A stretch of DNA of 64,000 bases from an uncultured Planctomycetia bacterium (GTDB taxonomy: Bacteria; Planctomycetota; Phycisphaerae; Phycisphaerales; SM1A02). Within the stretch, counting starts at the first letter, position 1. Each line of letters starts with the position of its first letter. The translations under genes and the position numbers were made by a program. The stretch spans positions 471 through 64,470 of the forward strand of contig CALMPF010000023.1 of the NCBI GenBank assembly GCA_937871505.1, read 5' to 3'. Shown piece after piece: positions 46,941-57,033 of the stretch. The notes beneath the pieces are model-generated. The model worked only from the letters and a program-made list of their open reading frames with translations, did not search any database and had not been told where the DNA came from.

Positions 46941-47330
46941 AAAGGTGTCAGGATGCATTCATCCGCGCACCGAAGCCGGCGGCGGAATCGGTGATGCACC
47001 GCCACCGGTCGAAGGCCAGGTGCCTGTTCCGCCGGGGGCGTGCCGGAGCGGGTGGGCAGGCGCGACGGGTCGGGCGCCGGGAGTCCGGCGCGGCGCTCTC
47101 AGCGGCCGCGCGGCTTCCGCGCCGCGATGTCGAGGCTGGTGATGAACTCGGAGGCGCAGCGACTCTCGGGGAGCGCCGCGAGGATGCGCCGGTAGAGCGG
47201 ATCCTCCCAGTTGGTCATCGCCTTCACGTACTCGGGCTTCGAAGTCAACTCGATCTCGGCGAAGCCGGCGGCTTCGATCATCCCGCGGAACTCCTCCACG
47301 AGGATCGCCCCCGCCACGCAGCCGATGAGG
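46941..47330. repeat. Imperfect direct repeat, copy 1 (arsM 3' end plus ~160 bp downstream)
   Basis: Aligns with 49167-49560. One shared block is GCCGGGGGCGTGCCGGAGCGGGTGGGCA.G.GCG.CGGGTCGGGCGC.GGGAGTCCGGCGCGGCGCTCTCAG.GGCCGCGCGGCTT. Confidence 0.7.
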
Positions 47331-48043
47331 GCCTCGACGTCCGCTCGGACCGACTCCGGCAGCGGCCGCAGAAGCGCCAGGTCCGAGACCGCCACGCGGC
47401 CTCCGGGCCTGAGCACCCGCGCGATCTCCCGCCAGACCTGCGACTTGTCCGGCGACAGGTTGATCACGCAGTTGGAGATCACGACGTCGACGCTCGCGTC
47501 GGCGACCGGAAGGTGCTCGATCTCGCCGAGGCGGAACTCGACGTTGTCCAGCCCGCTCCGGGCGCGGTACCCGGCGACGTTCCGCCGCGCCGTCGCGAGC
47601 ATCTCAGCCGTCATGTCGACACCGATGACCCGCCCCGCCGCGCCGACCTTCGGGCCCGCGACGAAGCAGTCGAACCCCGCGCCGGCGCCGAGATCGAGGA
47701 CCACCTCGCCGGGCCGGAGCGCCGCGATCGCGGTTGGATTTCCGCATGAGAGACCGAGGTTGGCGCCTTCCGGGAGGGCTGCGAGATCGTCGGCCGCGTA
47801 CCCGATGGCGCTGACGAGCTCACCAGGGGAGAAGGCCGTCGGGCCGCAGCAGCCGCCTCCGCCGCAGCACCCTGAATCCGGCGCGCTCTCCGACTGCGCG
47901 GCAGACCAGGATCCGGCCTCCGCGATGCGCCCGTAGCCGGCGCGGACCTGCGAGCGGATCGCGTCGGCGTCGTCGGGTGGCACGGCGGGGGAGGAGCTTG
48001 AGCGAGGCGGGGTCGACGGAACCGGGCTGTGCGCATGGGTCAT
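47099..48043 (-). CDS. arsM: Arsenite S-adenosylmethionine methyltransferase
   Basis: CCGGGGCCG and GLSCGNP supply the conserved Cys residues. VLDLGAGAGFDCF is the SAM motif. VVISNCVINLSPDK and GGRVAVSD also fit. Confidence 0.8.
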   Translation of the reverse strand: MTHAHSPVPSTPPRSSSSPAVPPDDADAIRSQVRAGYGRIAEAGSWSAAQSESAPDSGCCGGGGCCGPTAFSPGELVSAIGYAADDLAALPEGANLGLSCGNPTAIAALRPGEVVLDLGAGAGFDCFVAGPKVGAAGRVIGVDMTAEMLATARRNVAGYRARSGLDNVEFRLGEIEHLPVADASVDVVISNCVINLSPDKSQVWREIARVLRPGGRVAVSDLALLRPLPESVRADVEALIGCVAGAILVEEFRGMIEAAGFAEIELTSKPEYVKAMTNWEDPLYRRILAALPESRCASEFITSLDIAARKPRGR

Positions 48044-48555
48044 GGGAGGTTCTCCTTTGCAGGTGGCGCGATGCTGAGCGATCGCGGGCTCGCTGCGCGA
48101 GTGCGAAGCTCGGGGTGTTCGGGAAGCCGCTCGACGAACCGCCTGATCTCATCCCGGACGCGGCGGTAGTGAGGGAGCGCCTCGGCATCCGTGACGTCGC
48201 CGTCAGGGTGAGCCAGCGCCGCGAGTCGGGGTGGATCCTCGAAGGGCGCATGCAGGACGACGTGACGACCGGGCAGGGTGGGACAGGAGGCTTGCGCGGC
48301 GTCGCAGACGGTCACGACGACATCGAAGGGCCGACCCCCGAGCTCCTCGATGCCCTTGGAGCGCTGCGCGGAGATGTCGACGCCCGCCTCGCGCATGGCG
48401 AGCACGGCCAGCCGATCGAGCGATGACGGGCGGACTCCCGCCGAGAAGGGCTCGATCAGATCCGAGCCGAGCGCGCGCGCCCATCCTTCCGCCATCTGGC
48501 TTCGACAGGCATTCGCGGTGCAGAGGAAGAGCACGCGGAGCGGCGTCGGGGTCAT
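48040..48555 (-). CDS. arsC: Arsenate reductase (LMW-PTPase family)
   Basis: RVLFLCTANACRSQMAEGW is the CX5R P-loop. VVVTVCDAAQASCP follows. ATGA overlap with arsM. Confidence 0.8.
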   Translation of the reverse strand: MTPTPLRVLFLCTANACRSQMAEGWARALGSDLIEPFSAGVRPSSLDRLAVLAMREAGVDISAQRSKGIEELGGRPFDVVVTVCDAAQASCPTLPGRHVVLHAPFEDPPRLAALAHPDGDVTDAEALPHYRRVRDEIRRFVERLPEHPELRTRAASPRSLSIAPPAKENLP

Positions 48556-49112
48556 CGCGCAGCGCTCCGGCGCCCCTCGGCGTCGTCACGAGGCTGAGCG
48601 GAGCGCTCTCCGGCGAGGTGATCCGCCGCCTTTGAGCCCGAGGCGTCTCCGCTGCGATGCGTCGCGGGTCGAGAGCGAGCATCGGCGCCGCCAGCGGAGG
48701 CATCCGCCCGGCCGCAGCAGGCGTTCTCCTCGGGCGAAGCGCAGCATGCCTCGATCGCATCCGCCAGCCCGCGCAGGACTCCGACCAGCTCACGGGAGCG
48801 GACGCGATAGAGGACGACGCGGCCTCGCCGGGTCGCGGCGAGAGCGCCGGCCCGGGCCATGAGGCTCAGATGGCGCGAGACGACGGAGAGATCGACCGAG
48901 CAGCACTCCGCAACCTCGCTCACCGAGCACGGGCGCCCGCACTTGCTCAGGCATGCGAAGAGCCTCGCCCGGGTGGGGTCGCCCAGCGCGCGAAAGAGGC
49001 GAGGATCAAGGAAAGCGTCGATCGGACCTCGGTATCGGCCGGCAAGGCGCGGCGTCGCCGGTCGATCCGGCGATGCGGCCTCCATCGTCTTGCCAGCGGC
49101 ACATGGTTGCAT
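48552..49112 (-). CDS. arsR: ArsR-family metalloregulator (start uncertain: 49112 or 49085)
   Basis: LFRALGDPTRARLFACLSKCGRPCSVSEVAECCSVDLSVVSRHLSLMARAGALAATRRGRVVLYRV is a typical ArsR/SmtB wHTH with Cys pairs. Confidence 0.8.
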   Translation of the reverse strand: MQPCAAGKTMEAASPDRPATPRLAGRYRGPIDAFLDPRLFRALGDPTRARLFACLSKCGRPCSVSEVAECCSVDLSVVSRHLSLMARAGALAATRRGRVVLYRVRSRELVGVLRGLADAIEACCASPEENACCGRADASAGGADARSRPATHRSGDASGSKAADHLAGERSAQPRDDAEGRRSAAR

Positions 49113-49122
49113 GACGATGCAA
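49107..49122. promoter_or_regulatory. Perfect inverted repeat TTGCAT-gacg-ATGCAA at the arsR start (putative ArsR operator)
   Basis: The palindrome overlaps the arsR 5' end. It is adjacent to a TATATT -10-like hexamer on the minus strand (49121-49126). Confidence 0.45.
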
Positions 49123-49166
49123 ATATAGCCGCTGCCTCGGCGCCGTCAAGGGGCGCGCCCGAGGAA

Positions 49167-49560
49167 AAAGGTGTCACGATCCAGTTACAGGGTGCATTCA
49201 CCCGCACACCGAAGCTGGCGGCGGAATCGGCCATGCACCGCCGCCGGACGACCGCCAGGACGCCGGGGGCGTGCCGGAGCGGGTGGGCAAGGGCGGCGGG
49301 TCGGGCGCGGGGAGTCCGGCGCGGCGCTCTCAGTGGCCGCGCGGCTTTCGCGTCGCGCCATCGGGGCTGGTGATGAAGTCGGAGCCGAAGCGACCGTCGA
49401 GGAGCACGGCGAGGTTCCGTCGGCAGAGCGGATCTTCCCCTCTGGTCGTCGCCTTCGCGCGCTCGGGCTTCGAAGTCACCCCGATCTCGACGGATTCGGC
49501 GACCTGCACTTCGCCGCCGCCGGCGACGAACCTCATCCTGCCCCGCTCGACCGTCCGGAT
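49167..49560. repeat. Imperfect direct repeat, copy 2
   Basis: See copy 1 (46941-47330). Confidence 0.7.
49330..49560 (-). pseudogene. Remnant of an arsM C-terminus
   Basis: It translates to VEIGVTSKPERAKATTRGEDPLCRRNLAVLLDGRFGSDFITSPDGATRKPRGH. The intact ArsM reads EIELTSKPEYVKAMTNWEDPLYRRILAALPESRCASEFITSLDIAARKPRGR. No methyltransferase core lies upstream of the remnant. Confidence 0.6.
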
Positions 49561-49687
49561 GCCGCCCATCCGCGCTCGCGGCCGAGATCCGCTCGCCAGC
49601 GCGCAGAAGCTCCTGGTCGGCGCCCCGGAGGACCGTCTCGTCCCAATCCGCCGCGGGCGGCATCCGGGCGTCGATACGATCGGCGCG

Positions 49688-50611
49688 ATGTCCCTGAACG
49701 CCGACTTCTGTCCCTCCCTCGCTGCGCTCGGGGAGCACGCGGGGCGGCGGATCGGGCGCCATCTGCTCGCCGCGATGCGCAGCATGCTCGCCGGACCGGG
49801 GGTTCGCCACGGCCGCGGGTTCGCGGCGCTGGTCACCGGAGCGCCGCATCCCTTCGGCAACTTCGCGGTGCTGAGCGACGGGGACGACTCCGAAGCAGTG
49901 ACCGCCGCGACGGACCTCCTGCTCGCGTGCAGCGCGCCCACGGCGCTGATCTTCGCGGCGGCCCCGGCGGGTCCGCATGTCGACGAGCGCCTTGGCCGGC
50001 TGGGGTTCCACTCGACGATGGCGATGCCGGCGATGGCGATCGAGATCGATTCGCTCGCCGCCACGCACCTCCCGCGCGGCTGCGCCTTCGAGCGCATCGA
50101 TGACCGGGATGAGGCGTCGTGGGCGACGGCCTTCGTCGACGGATACGGGCTTCCGCAATCGCTGCGACGCAGCTTCGGCGGCGACGGGCGGAGCCCCGAG
50201 GGGACGCTCGAGGCGGGGGTCGATGCGGGCATGCGAGCCGGATCGGCCGACGCGGCGAGCACGACGCGACGATGGGTCGAGCGCTATGGGATCACGATGC
50301 GCGGCCGGGTGGTCTGCACGTCGCTCATCTGCGTCGATGATGGGCTTGCGGGGGTGTACTGCGTCGCGACGCTGCCGGAGGCGCGCCGCTGCGGCCTCGG
50401 CGGACATGCGACGGCGGAAGCCCTCCGCTGCGCTCGCGCGCTGGGCTGTCGCGTCGGCGTGCTCCAGTCCTCGCTCGAGGGTCGCAGCCTCTACGCACGG
50501 CTCGGGTTCGTGGAGCTGGGCGCGCTGCCGGTCTACCTGCGCATGCCTGCGGACGCGCCGACGCTTGCCGCGGCAGGAGGTGCGCTCCCGGACGCGGCGC
50601 CGGCGGACTGA
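49688..50611 (+). CDS. GNAT-family N-acetyltransferase
   Basis: The C-terminal core is LAGVYCVATLPEARRCGLGGHATAEALRCARALGCRVGVLQSSLEGRSLYARLGF, matching the Q/RxxGxG/A acetyl-CoA motif. The start is chosen at the first ATG after the arsM remnant. Confidence 0.6.
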   Translation: MSLNADFCPSLAALGEHAGRRIGRHLLAAMRSMLAGPGVRHGRGFAALVTGAPHPFGNFAVLSDGDDSEAVTAATDLLLACSAPTALIFAAAPAGPHVDERLGRLGFHSTMAMPAMAIEIDSLAATHLPRGCAFERIDDRDEASWATAFVDGYGLPQSLRRSFGGDGRSPEGTLEAGVDAGMRAGSADAASTTRRWVERYGITMRGRVVCTSLICVDDGLAGVYCVATLPEARRCGLGGHATAEALRCARALGCRVGVLQSSLEGRSLYARLGFVELGALPVYLRMPADAPTLAAAGGALPDAAPAD

Positions 50612-50762
50612 ATCCCTTGACGCTCGCGCCGATCGGGCGGACACTGACGGCTTCCGCGATGCAGGAGGTTCGCGGCGCTCCCGGCCGCGTGCATCGCGAT
50701 CCATTCCCCGCCGGCGGCCAGGTCGAAGGCCCGGTCGGCTCGGACATCCAACGGAGTCTCCC

Positions 50763-52205
50763 ATGATTCGAATCGCAGCGCTCCTCGCCACGTCGGCAGC
50801 CGGCATCGCCGTCGCCGGGCTTCCGTTCACCATCACGCCGCTGGTCCTCCAGAACGACGAGATCGAGCCCGGCGTCCTGGTGACGTCGATCGAGTCGCTC
50901 GACGTGAACAACGCCGGCGACTGGCTCCTCGAACTGGCGACCAACGCGCCGACCGCCTTCAACCGCCTGATCGTCCTCAACGGGGCGATCGAGTACCGCA
51001 AGGGATTCGGCTTCCCGGCCCCGGTGGGCGGGCTGATCTCGAGCTTCGACAGCGTCCGCATCAACAACAACGCCGAGATCGGCTGGAACCTCTTCTTCTC
51101 GGAGCTTCCCAGCAACGCCGACACCGGCGTCTTCTTCAACGATCTCCTGCTCATCCAGGAGGGCGATCTCTCGCAGCCGACCAGCGGCCTGACCGTCCCC
51201 TCGCCGTACATCGGGTTCTTCGAGACCCGGATGAATGACAACAACGAGATCTTCCTCGTCGGCACCGTCGACGATCCGATGATCGTCTCCGGCGTCGACC
51301 GCGTCCTCGCCTGGCTCGACTACGACGTCGTGACCAACACCCACGTCGAGACCATCCTCTGGAAGGAGAGCGACGTTCTCCCGGGACAGAGCGAGGCTGC
51401 CCTCGACTTCGGAACCGGCACCGAGAACGCGGCGATCAACAACGCCCGTCAGGCGTTCTTCAGCGTCTCGCTCTCGGGCCCGACGGCGACGAACGCGGCC
51501 CTCTACCGCGACGCCGAGCTGATCGTCCAGAAGGGCGACGAGTCGCCGATCGCGGGGCGCACCTACACCAACATCGGCACCAGCACGCGCGTGGACATGA
51601 ACGCCTCGGGCGACTGGGTCTTCGTGTCGAACATCTCCGGCGACGCCGCCGACAACATCGTCATCGTGGACGGCGGCGGGATCGTCGCCCAGCGCGGGAC
51701 GCAGGCCCCGGGGACCGATCCGGGGACGCTGATCAACAACTTCAACTCCGCGCCGGTCCGCATCGACGACTCCGGCAACGTCTTCTGGTACGCCAACCTC
51801 ACCGGCGACGCTGCGACGAATCAGGCGCTCTACCGCAACGGAGACCTGATCGTCCGCAAGGGCGTCGCGGTGGACGGCCTGACCTTCACCTCGCTGGCGG
51901 GAAGCACCGCGACCGGCGGGATCACCAAGGGCTTCTCGATCAGTCAGGATGGCCGGTACATGCTCTTCCGCGGCATCCTCGACAACGGCCTTCGAGGCGC
52001 CTTCCTGGTGACCTTCGGCGATCCCCCGTGCGGGAACTCGCCCGACCTCGACGGCGACGGCGAGGTCAACGGCGCCGACCTCGGCCTGCTGCTCGGCGGA
52101 TGGGGTCCCTGCGTCCCCGGGGCGCCCTGTCCGGCGGACCTCAACTGCGACGGCGAAGTCGATGGCGCCGATCTCGGGGCGCTGCTCGGCGCGTGGACGA
52201 ACTGA
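50763..52205 (+). CDS. Secreted repeat protein with two C-terminal dockerin-like (EF-hand) motifs
   Basis: The signal peptide is MIRIAALLATSAAGIAVAG. The C-terminal motifs are DLDGDGEVNGADLGLLLGGWG and DLNCDGEVDGADLGALLGAW. Confidence 0.65.
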   Translation: MIRIAALLATSAAGIAVAGLPFTITPLVLQNDEIEPGVLVTSIESLDVNNAGDWLLELATNAPTAFNRLIVLNGAIEYRKGFGFPAPVGGLISSFDSVRINNNAEIGWNLFFSELPSNADTGVFFNDLLLIQEGDLSQPTSGLTVPSPYIGFFETRMNDNNEIFLVGTVDDPMIVSGVDRVLAWLDYDVVTNTHVETILWKESDVLPGQSEAALDFGTGTENAAINNARQAFFSVSLSGPTATNAALYRDAELIVQKGDESPIAGRTYTNIGTSTRVDMNASGDWVFVSNISGDAADNIVIVDGGGIVAQRGTQAPGTDPGTLINNFNSAPVRIDDSGNVFWYANLTGDAATNQALYRNGDLIVRKGVAVDGLTFTSLAGSTATGGITKGFSISQDGRYMLFRGILDNGLRGAFLVTFGDPPCGNSPDLDGDGEVNGADLGLLLGGWGPCVPGAPCPADLNCDGEVDGADLGALLGAWTN

Positions 52206-52637
52206 GCTGAAAGGAACTCCCGTGGGCGTCGCTCGGCGCCCTGAACGATCCCTCGGATAGCGGGGCCTTCCGCAGTCGCCCGCAGCGGCGTCCGACGGCG
52301 TCGAAGTTCGCGCCCCGCGCACTCCGCGGAGCGCGGGCGTCTTGACCGCAGCGGTGCTCTGGGTCCGCAGCGGCGCTCTGGGCCCGCAGCGGTGCTTTCG
52401 GCCCCCGGGCCGCGTCGCTTCTTCGTGGTGAGTTCGCGCGTCGCGCGACCTCGCAGGGAAGCGACGGGGCGCTGGAGCGTTGATCGTCGGAGCGGCGCGA
52501 TGCCCGCCCGTCCGCGGAGTGCGCGGACGGGCGGGTCGCTTGCGGGGAGCCTGCGGGGTCGACGACGGGGACCTGCTCCGAGGCCTTCAGAGACGGACCA
52601 TCCCTCCCGGCGCTGCCGCGGGGTAGGATCGCCAAGC

Positions 52638-53798
52638 ATGACTCACTTCTCTCCCGGTGCAGTTCGTTCCGCGGTCGCCGCGCTCCTTCTGCTGCCGTCC
52701 CTCGGCGCGCTCGCGCTGGCGAGCCCTGGCGCCGGAGCGACCGACTCCGTCGCGAGCGATCGGAACGATGGCGATGAGCGCCACGAGCTCGCTCCGCGCG
52801 TCGAGGAGACGAGGTACTACCGGGTCGTCCAGACGGTGGCGCTTCACGACGTGCCGGAGACCGCGGAGCTGGTCCGGCTCTGGACCGCCGTTCCGGTCGA
52901 CGGCCCCTGGCAGCGCGTGCTCGACATGCGGGTCATCGAGGCGCCGGAGGGGTGGAGCCTGGTGCGGCAGCCCGCCTCCGGCGGCGCGATGATCTACTCG
53001 GAGTCGCCCGCTGCGGCGCGCTCGAGCGACCCGGTGAAGGTCGTCGTCGAGTACCTCGTGCAGCGCGAAGCGCCCGCCGTGGACATGCGGATGCCCACGG
53101 ATCTCCACGTCGACCAGGAGCCGCTCCAGCGGGCGCTCTTCGGGGAGTTCCTTCGGACCGACGCCTCGCTGATGGAGGCGAGCGAACAGGTGAGGTCGAT
53201 GGCGAGGGAAGCCTGCAAGGGGGCGAAGCACCCGCGCGAGAAGGTGCTGCGGCTGCTCGATGCGGTGGCGTCGAGCGTCGACCACTACTCGAAGGACGCG
53301 TCGAAGCCGCACTGCGGCCGCGGCGCAGCGAGCGACTGCCTCGAGCACGGCGGCGGCTGCTGCACCGACATCCACTCGCTCTTCATCGCGATGGCCCGGG
53401 CGGAGGGGATCCCTGCGCGGCTCCAGATGGGACACCGCCTGCGCGGCGATCGGGAGGGACAGACCTTCGACCCGAGCTATCGCTGCTGGGTCGAGTTCTG
53501 GCTCGATGGCTCCGGCTGGGTTCCGACGGACATCGTCGTCGCCGACAGCGGAAGCCCCGAGTGGCGCGCCGAGCAGTGGGGACGCGTCGACGCGAGGCGC
53601 GTCTGGCTCTGGGAGGGGCGCGGGTACGACCTCGTCCCCAAGCAGGCCGGCCCGCCGATCCAGACCATGCACTCGGGCTGGGCGGAGATCGATGGCGTGG
53701 CGGTCGATCCGCTCCCGAAGGAGGACGGAACGCCTTCGCGCCTTCGCCGAACCGTGCGCTTCGCCGACGTCACCGATGCGTTCACCGAGGGTCGCTGA
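52638..53798 (+). CDS. Secreted transglutaminase-like (Cys protease fold) protein
   Basis: The signal peptide is AVAALLLLPSLGALALASPGAGA. GGGCCTDIHSLFIAMARAEGIPARL ... CWVEFWLDGSGWVPTD supplies the Cys-His-Asp transglutaminase core pattern. Confidence 0.65.
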   Translation: MTHFSPGAVRSAVAALLLLPSLGALALASPGAGATDSVASDRNDGDERHELAPRVEETRYYRVVQTVALHDVPETAELVRLWTAVPVDGPWQRVLDMRVIEAPEGWSLVRQPASGGAMIYSESPAAARSSDPVKVVVEYLVQREAPAVDMRMPTDLHVDQEPLQRALFGEFLRTDASLMEASEQVRSMAREACKGAKHPREKVLRLLDAVASSVDHYSKDASKPHCGRGAASDCLEHGGGCCTDIHSLFIAMARAEGIPARLQMGHRLRGDREGQTFDPSYRCWVEFWLDGSGWVPTDIVVADSGSPEWRAEQWGRVDARRVWLWEGRGYDLVPKQAGPPIQTMHSGWAEIDGVAVDPLPKEDGTPSRLRRTVRFADVTDAFTEGR

Positions 53799-53853
53799 TC
53801 CCGTCTCGCGGCTTCGGGCTCGATCGCACCGGATCGAAACGCCCATCGAGCGC

Positions 53854-55233
53854 TCAGTAGGCGAACTGCATCTGGACGCGAACGACGATCTGGCCGTCGT
53901 CGCCGAGCGCATCGGTGCGCCACCCAGCCCCCCCGCCGGCGGAGCCGAAGAGGGGCGCAACCGCGTTCAGGCCGTACCCGACGTCGGCGCTGAGCTTGAG
54001 AGCGCGCGGTGCGATGTACCACGTCGCGCCGAGGGTGGCGATGCTCAGATCGTCGGCTCCGGTGTCGCCGTCCGCCCACTCGTAGCGGGCGAAGGCCTCG
54101 AGCGTCGGCAGCAGGTACCAGCCGACCTGGCCGTACGCGCCGATCTGGTCACGTGACGCGCCGGGCTCGTCGAGGTGGCGCCCGACGACCGCCGCGAAGA
54201 GCACGGCGCCGCCGAGGCCGACCTCGCCGTCGACGGTCCACGAGAGAGTCTCGACGCCCGCGGCGGCCGGTCCGGAGGCGGTGCGCTGCCAGAAGACCGC
54301 AGCGCCGATGAGCGACGCCGGCGCTTCGTCCGGCCGGCTCGTCATGTCGTTGAACTGGCTCCAGTCGCCGGCGCCGAATTTCACCTCGGCGCGACCCGCG
54401 AAGGCGTACTCAGTCCGCGTCTCGTTCCACGGCACGTTCACCCCGCCGGCGCGTTCGCTCCCGTCGCAGGCGAGTCCCGTGAGCCTGAACCTGTCGTTGG
54501 ACCAGCCCACGAAAACGCCCTGCGAACGACCGATTCCGAAGGTGGCATCGATGAGCGACCGGTCCACGAGGAGCAGGCCAGAGCCGGAAGCGAGCGTCTC
54601 GCACATGAACGGCGCCTTGGCCTGGCCCGCCTGGACGAAGAACCCGCCGTCGAAGGTCTTCCGGATGTAGGCGTCGCGAAGCGTGAGCACCCCCGTGTCG
54701 CGGAGGACGTTCGCCTGCACGCGGTAGACCCAGCTCGGGTCGACGACATGACCGTCGAGCTGGATGTAGCTGCGCCTGATCTCGAAGCCGCTCTGCGTTC
54801 CGTCCTGCCCGCGCGGCGGATCCGACCGATGATTGAGGACCCACCTGATCTGCGTGTACCCTCTCAGCTTGAGGGAGAAGTTCCCATCGGCGCTCGCGAG
54901 GAAGAACCCCCTGTTCCATCCGGCAGTCAGCCCCGAGCCCTGGAGCGACGCTCGACCTCCCGCGTCCGCGAGCGCCTCGTCGGCGAGGTGCCTGATCGCC
55001 GCGGCGCGGGCGGCATCGAGGAGCTCCGCGCCGGGCGCTTCGACGAGGCGTCTGTACTCCGCGATCTCCGCTCGGAGCAGGTCGATCTCGGCGTGGACGC
55101 GATGGAGGTCGGCGCCGGTGGCATCGACCGCCGGCGCTGACCCGGCGAGCGCCGTCGCGGCGATCGCAGCGGAGAGGCGGAGGGAATCTGCTCGAGCAGG
55201 CGTGGCAAGCCTCAAGGAGCAAGACCGTCGCAT
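53854..55233 (-). CDS. Outer-membrane porin (OprO/P-like), paralogue 1
   Basis: An N-terminal coiled coil is followed by a beta-barrel-like region (GWNRGFFLASADGNFSLKLRGYTQIRW). The C-terminal signature is VVRVQMQFAY. It is similar along its length to 55402-56781. Confidence 0.65.
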   Translation of the reverse strand: MRRSCSLRLATPARADSLRLSAAIAATALAGSAPAVDATGADLHRVHAEIDLLRAEIAEYRRLVEAPGAELLDAARAAAIRHLADEALADAGGRASLQGSGLTAGWNRGFFLASADGNFSLKLRGYTQIRWVLNHRSDPPRGQDGTQSGFEIRRSYIQLDGHVVDPSWVYRVQANVLRDTGVLTLRDAYIRKTFDGGFFVQAGQAKAPFMCETLASGSGLLLVDRSLIDATFGIGRSQGVFVGWSNDRFRLTGLACDGSERAGGVNVPWNETRTEYAFAGRAEVKFGAGDWSQFNDMTSRPDEAPASLIGAAVFWQRTASGPAAAGVETLSWTVDGEVGLGGAVLFAAVVGRHLDEPGASRDQIGAYGQVGWYLLPTLEAFARYEWADGDTGADDLSIATLGATWYIAPRALKLSADVGYGLNAVAPLFGSAGGGAGWRTDALGDDGQIVVRVQMQFAY

Positions 55234-55401
55234 GTTCAGGCGGCGCGGTACCTCCGTGCCGCCGCATCCGGGCTTGGCGAGCGTTACGCAGGGCGACTGT
55301 CGCATGGAAGGTGTGGAGGCGGATCGCCTGGACGAGGCCGGATCGGGTCGACCGATCGGAGCTCCTCGACCGGAGCGGGCCGCCGGGTCAGCCGGCCGCG
55401 A

Positions 55402-56781
55402 TCAGAACATGAGCTGGAACTGGACGCGGACGACGATCTGGCCGTCGTCGCCCTCGGCGTCCGTCCGCCAGCCGGTCGCGCTGCTCGTGGCGCCGAAGAA
55501 GGGGGAGACCGCATTGATGCCGTACCCGATGTCGCCGCTGAGCTTCAGTTGCTGGCGCGCGATGTACCAGTTCGCTCCGGCCGTCACGAGGCTGAGATCG
55601 GCGCCTGAGGTGTCGCTGTCGGCCCATTCATAGCGACCGAAGAGCTCGACCGTCGGCGCGACGAAGATCCCGCCCTGGCCGTACGGGCCGAACTGATCGA
55701 AGTTGCCGTCGTCCGAGTCCAGGTGCCGTCCGACGACCGCCGCGAACAGGCTGGCTCCTCCGAGGTTGAGGGTGCCGTCGACCGTCCAGCCGAGCGTCTC
55801 GACGCCTGCGAACCTGGACCCGGTGTCGCCCCGCTGCCAGAGGACCGCGGCGCCGATCAGCCCGCTCTTCTCGTCGTCGGGAAAGCTGGTCATCCCGTTG
55901 AACTGATTCCAGTTCCCTCCGAACTTGGCTTCCGCCCGTCCGATGAAGGCGTACTCGGTCGTTGGAAAGTCCCACCCGTTGTTGGCGCCGCCTGCGGGCT
56001 GCGAGCCGTCGCAGTAGGTTCCGACGATCCGGAAGGTGTCGTTCGACCAGCCCACGAAGACGCCCTGCGTTCTCCCGATCCCGAAGGTCGCCTCGACGAC
56101 GGAGCGGTCGACGAGAAGCAGTCCCGCGTCGGAGGCGAGCGTTTCGCGCATGAAGGGCGCCTTCGCCTGTCCCCCCTGAACGAAGAACCCGCCGTCGAAG
56201 TTCTTCCGGACGTAGGTGTCCTGAAGGAGGAAGACGCCGCCGGACCGCTGGAAGTTGCCCTGGACCCGGTAGACCCAGCTCGGATCGACGACGTGGCCGT
56301 CGAAGGTGATATAGGTGCGGCGATTCTCGAACCCGCTCTGACTGCCGTCCTGCCCCGATGGAGGATCGGAGCGGTGGCCATAGATCCAGCTGATCTGCGC
56401 GTACCCGCTGATCTTCAGGGAGAAGTTCCCATCCGGGCTCGCGAGGAAGAAGCCCTTGTTCCATCCTGCGGTGACTCCGGAGCCCTGGAGAGACGCTCGA
56501 GTGTCCGCATCGGCGATGACCTCGGCGACGAGCGACCGGATCTCCTGCGCTCTCGCCTCGTCGAGCCGCGCGTGCTCGGGGTCATCCACTGACCGCTTGA
56601 ACTCCGCGATCTCGGCGCGGAGCGACCGGAGCGCATCGAGAAGCTCGAGGTCGGCGTTCCCGGCCGGCGAGGGGGTCGCCGTCGCAGGTGCCATTGCGCA
56701 GAGCGGCGCGGCGATGACGACGGGCAGGAGGCAACCCGGGAGCAGGCACGCTGGGGGCAGGTTCCTTCGCATCCTCGGCAC
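55402..56781 (-). CDS. Outer-membrane porin (OprO/P-like), paralogue 2
   Basis: GWNKGFFLASPDGNFSLKISGYAQISW. The C-terminus is VVRVQFQLMF. Confidence 0.65.
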   Translation of the reverse strand: MPRMRRNLPPACLLPGCLLPVVIAAPLCAMAPATATPSPAGNADLELLDALRSLRAEIAEFKRSVDDPEHARLDEARAQEIRSLVAEVIADADTRASLQGSGVTAGWNKGFFLASPDGNFSLKISGYAQISWIYGHRSDPPSGQDGSQSGFENRRTYITFDGHVVDPSWVYRVQGNFQRSGGVFLLQDTYVRKNFDGGFFVQGGQAKAPFMRETLASDAGLLLVDRSVVEATFGIGRTQGVFVGWSNDTFRIVGTYCDGSQPAGGANNGWDFPTTEYAFIGRAEAKFGGNWNQFNGMTSFPDDEKSGLIGAAVLWQRGDTGSRFAGVETLGWTVDGTLNLGGASLFAAVVGRHLDSDDGNFDQFGPYGQGGIFVAPTVELFGRYEWADSDTSGADLSLVTAGANWYIARQQLKLSGDIGYGINAVSPFFGATSSATGWRTDAEGDDGQIVVRVQFQLMF

Positions 56782-57033
56782 TGTAATGGAATCTCCTCGG
56801 GATCGCAGGCCCGGTCGCAGCGGCGCTGGCGGTCATCCCCGGTCCGTCCAGCCGGCGTTCCCGTGAACCGCCGTGAGGCTCGCCGACCCGAATCGGCCGG
56901 ACCGCTCCCGAGCGCCGCGGCGCTCGGCCGGAAGGGAGGCGGAGGCTCCTGCCGCGTCAGGAGCGGGTCCGGAGCGATCGTCCCGCCGAGTCGCCGCGGA
57001 GGCCGGTTCACCGGAGCGTCCGTCGGCGGACCG

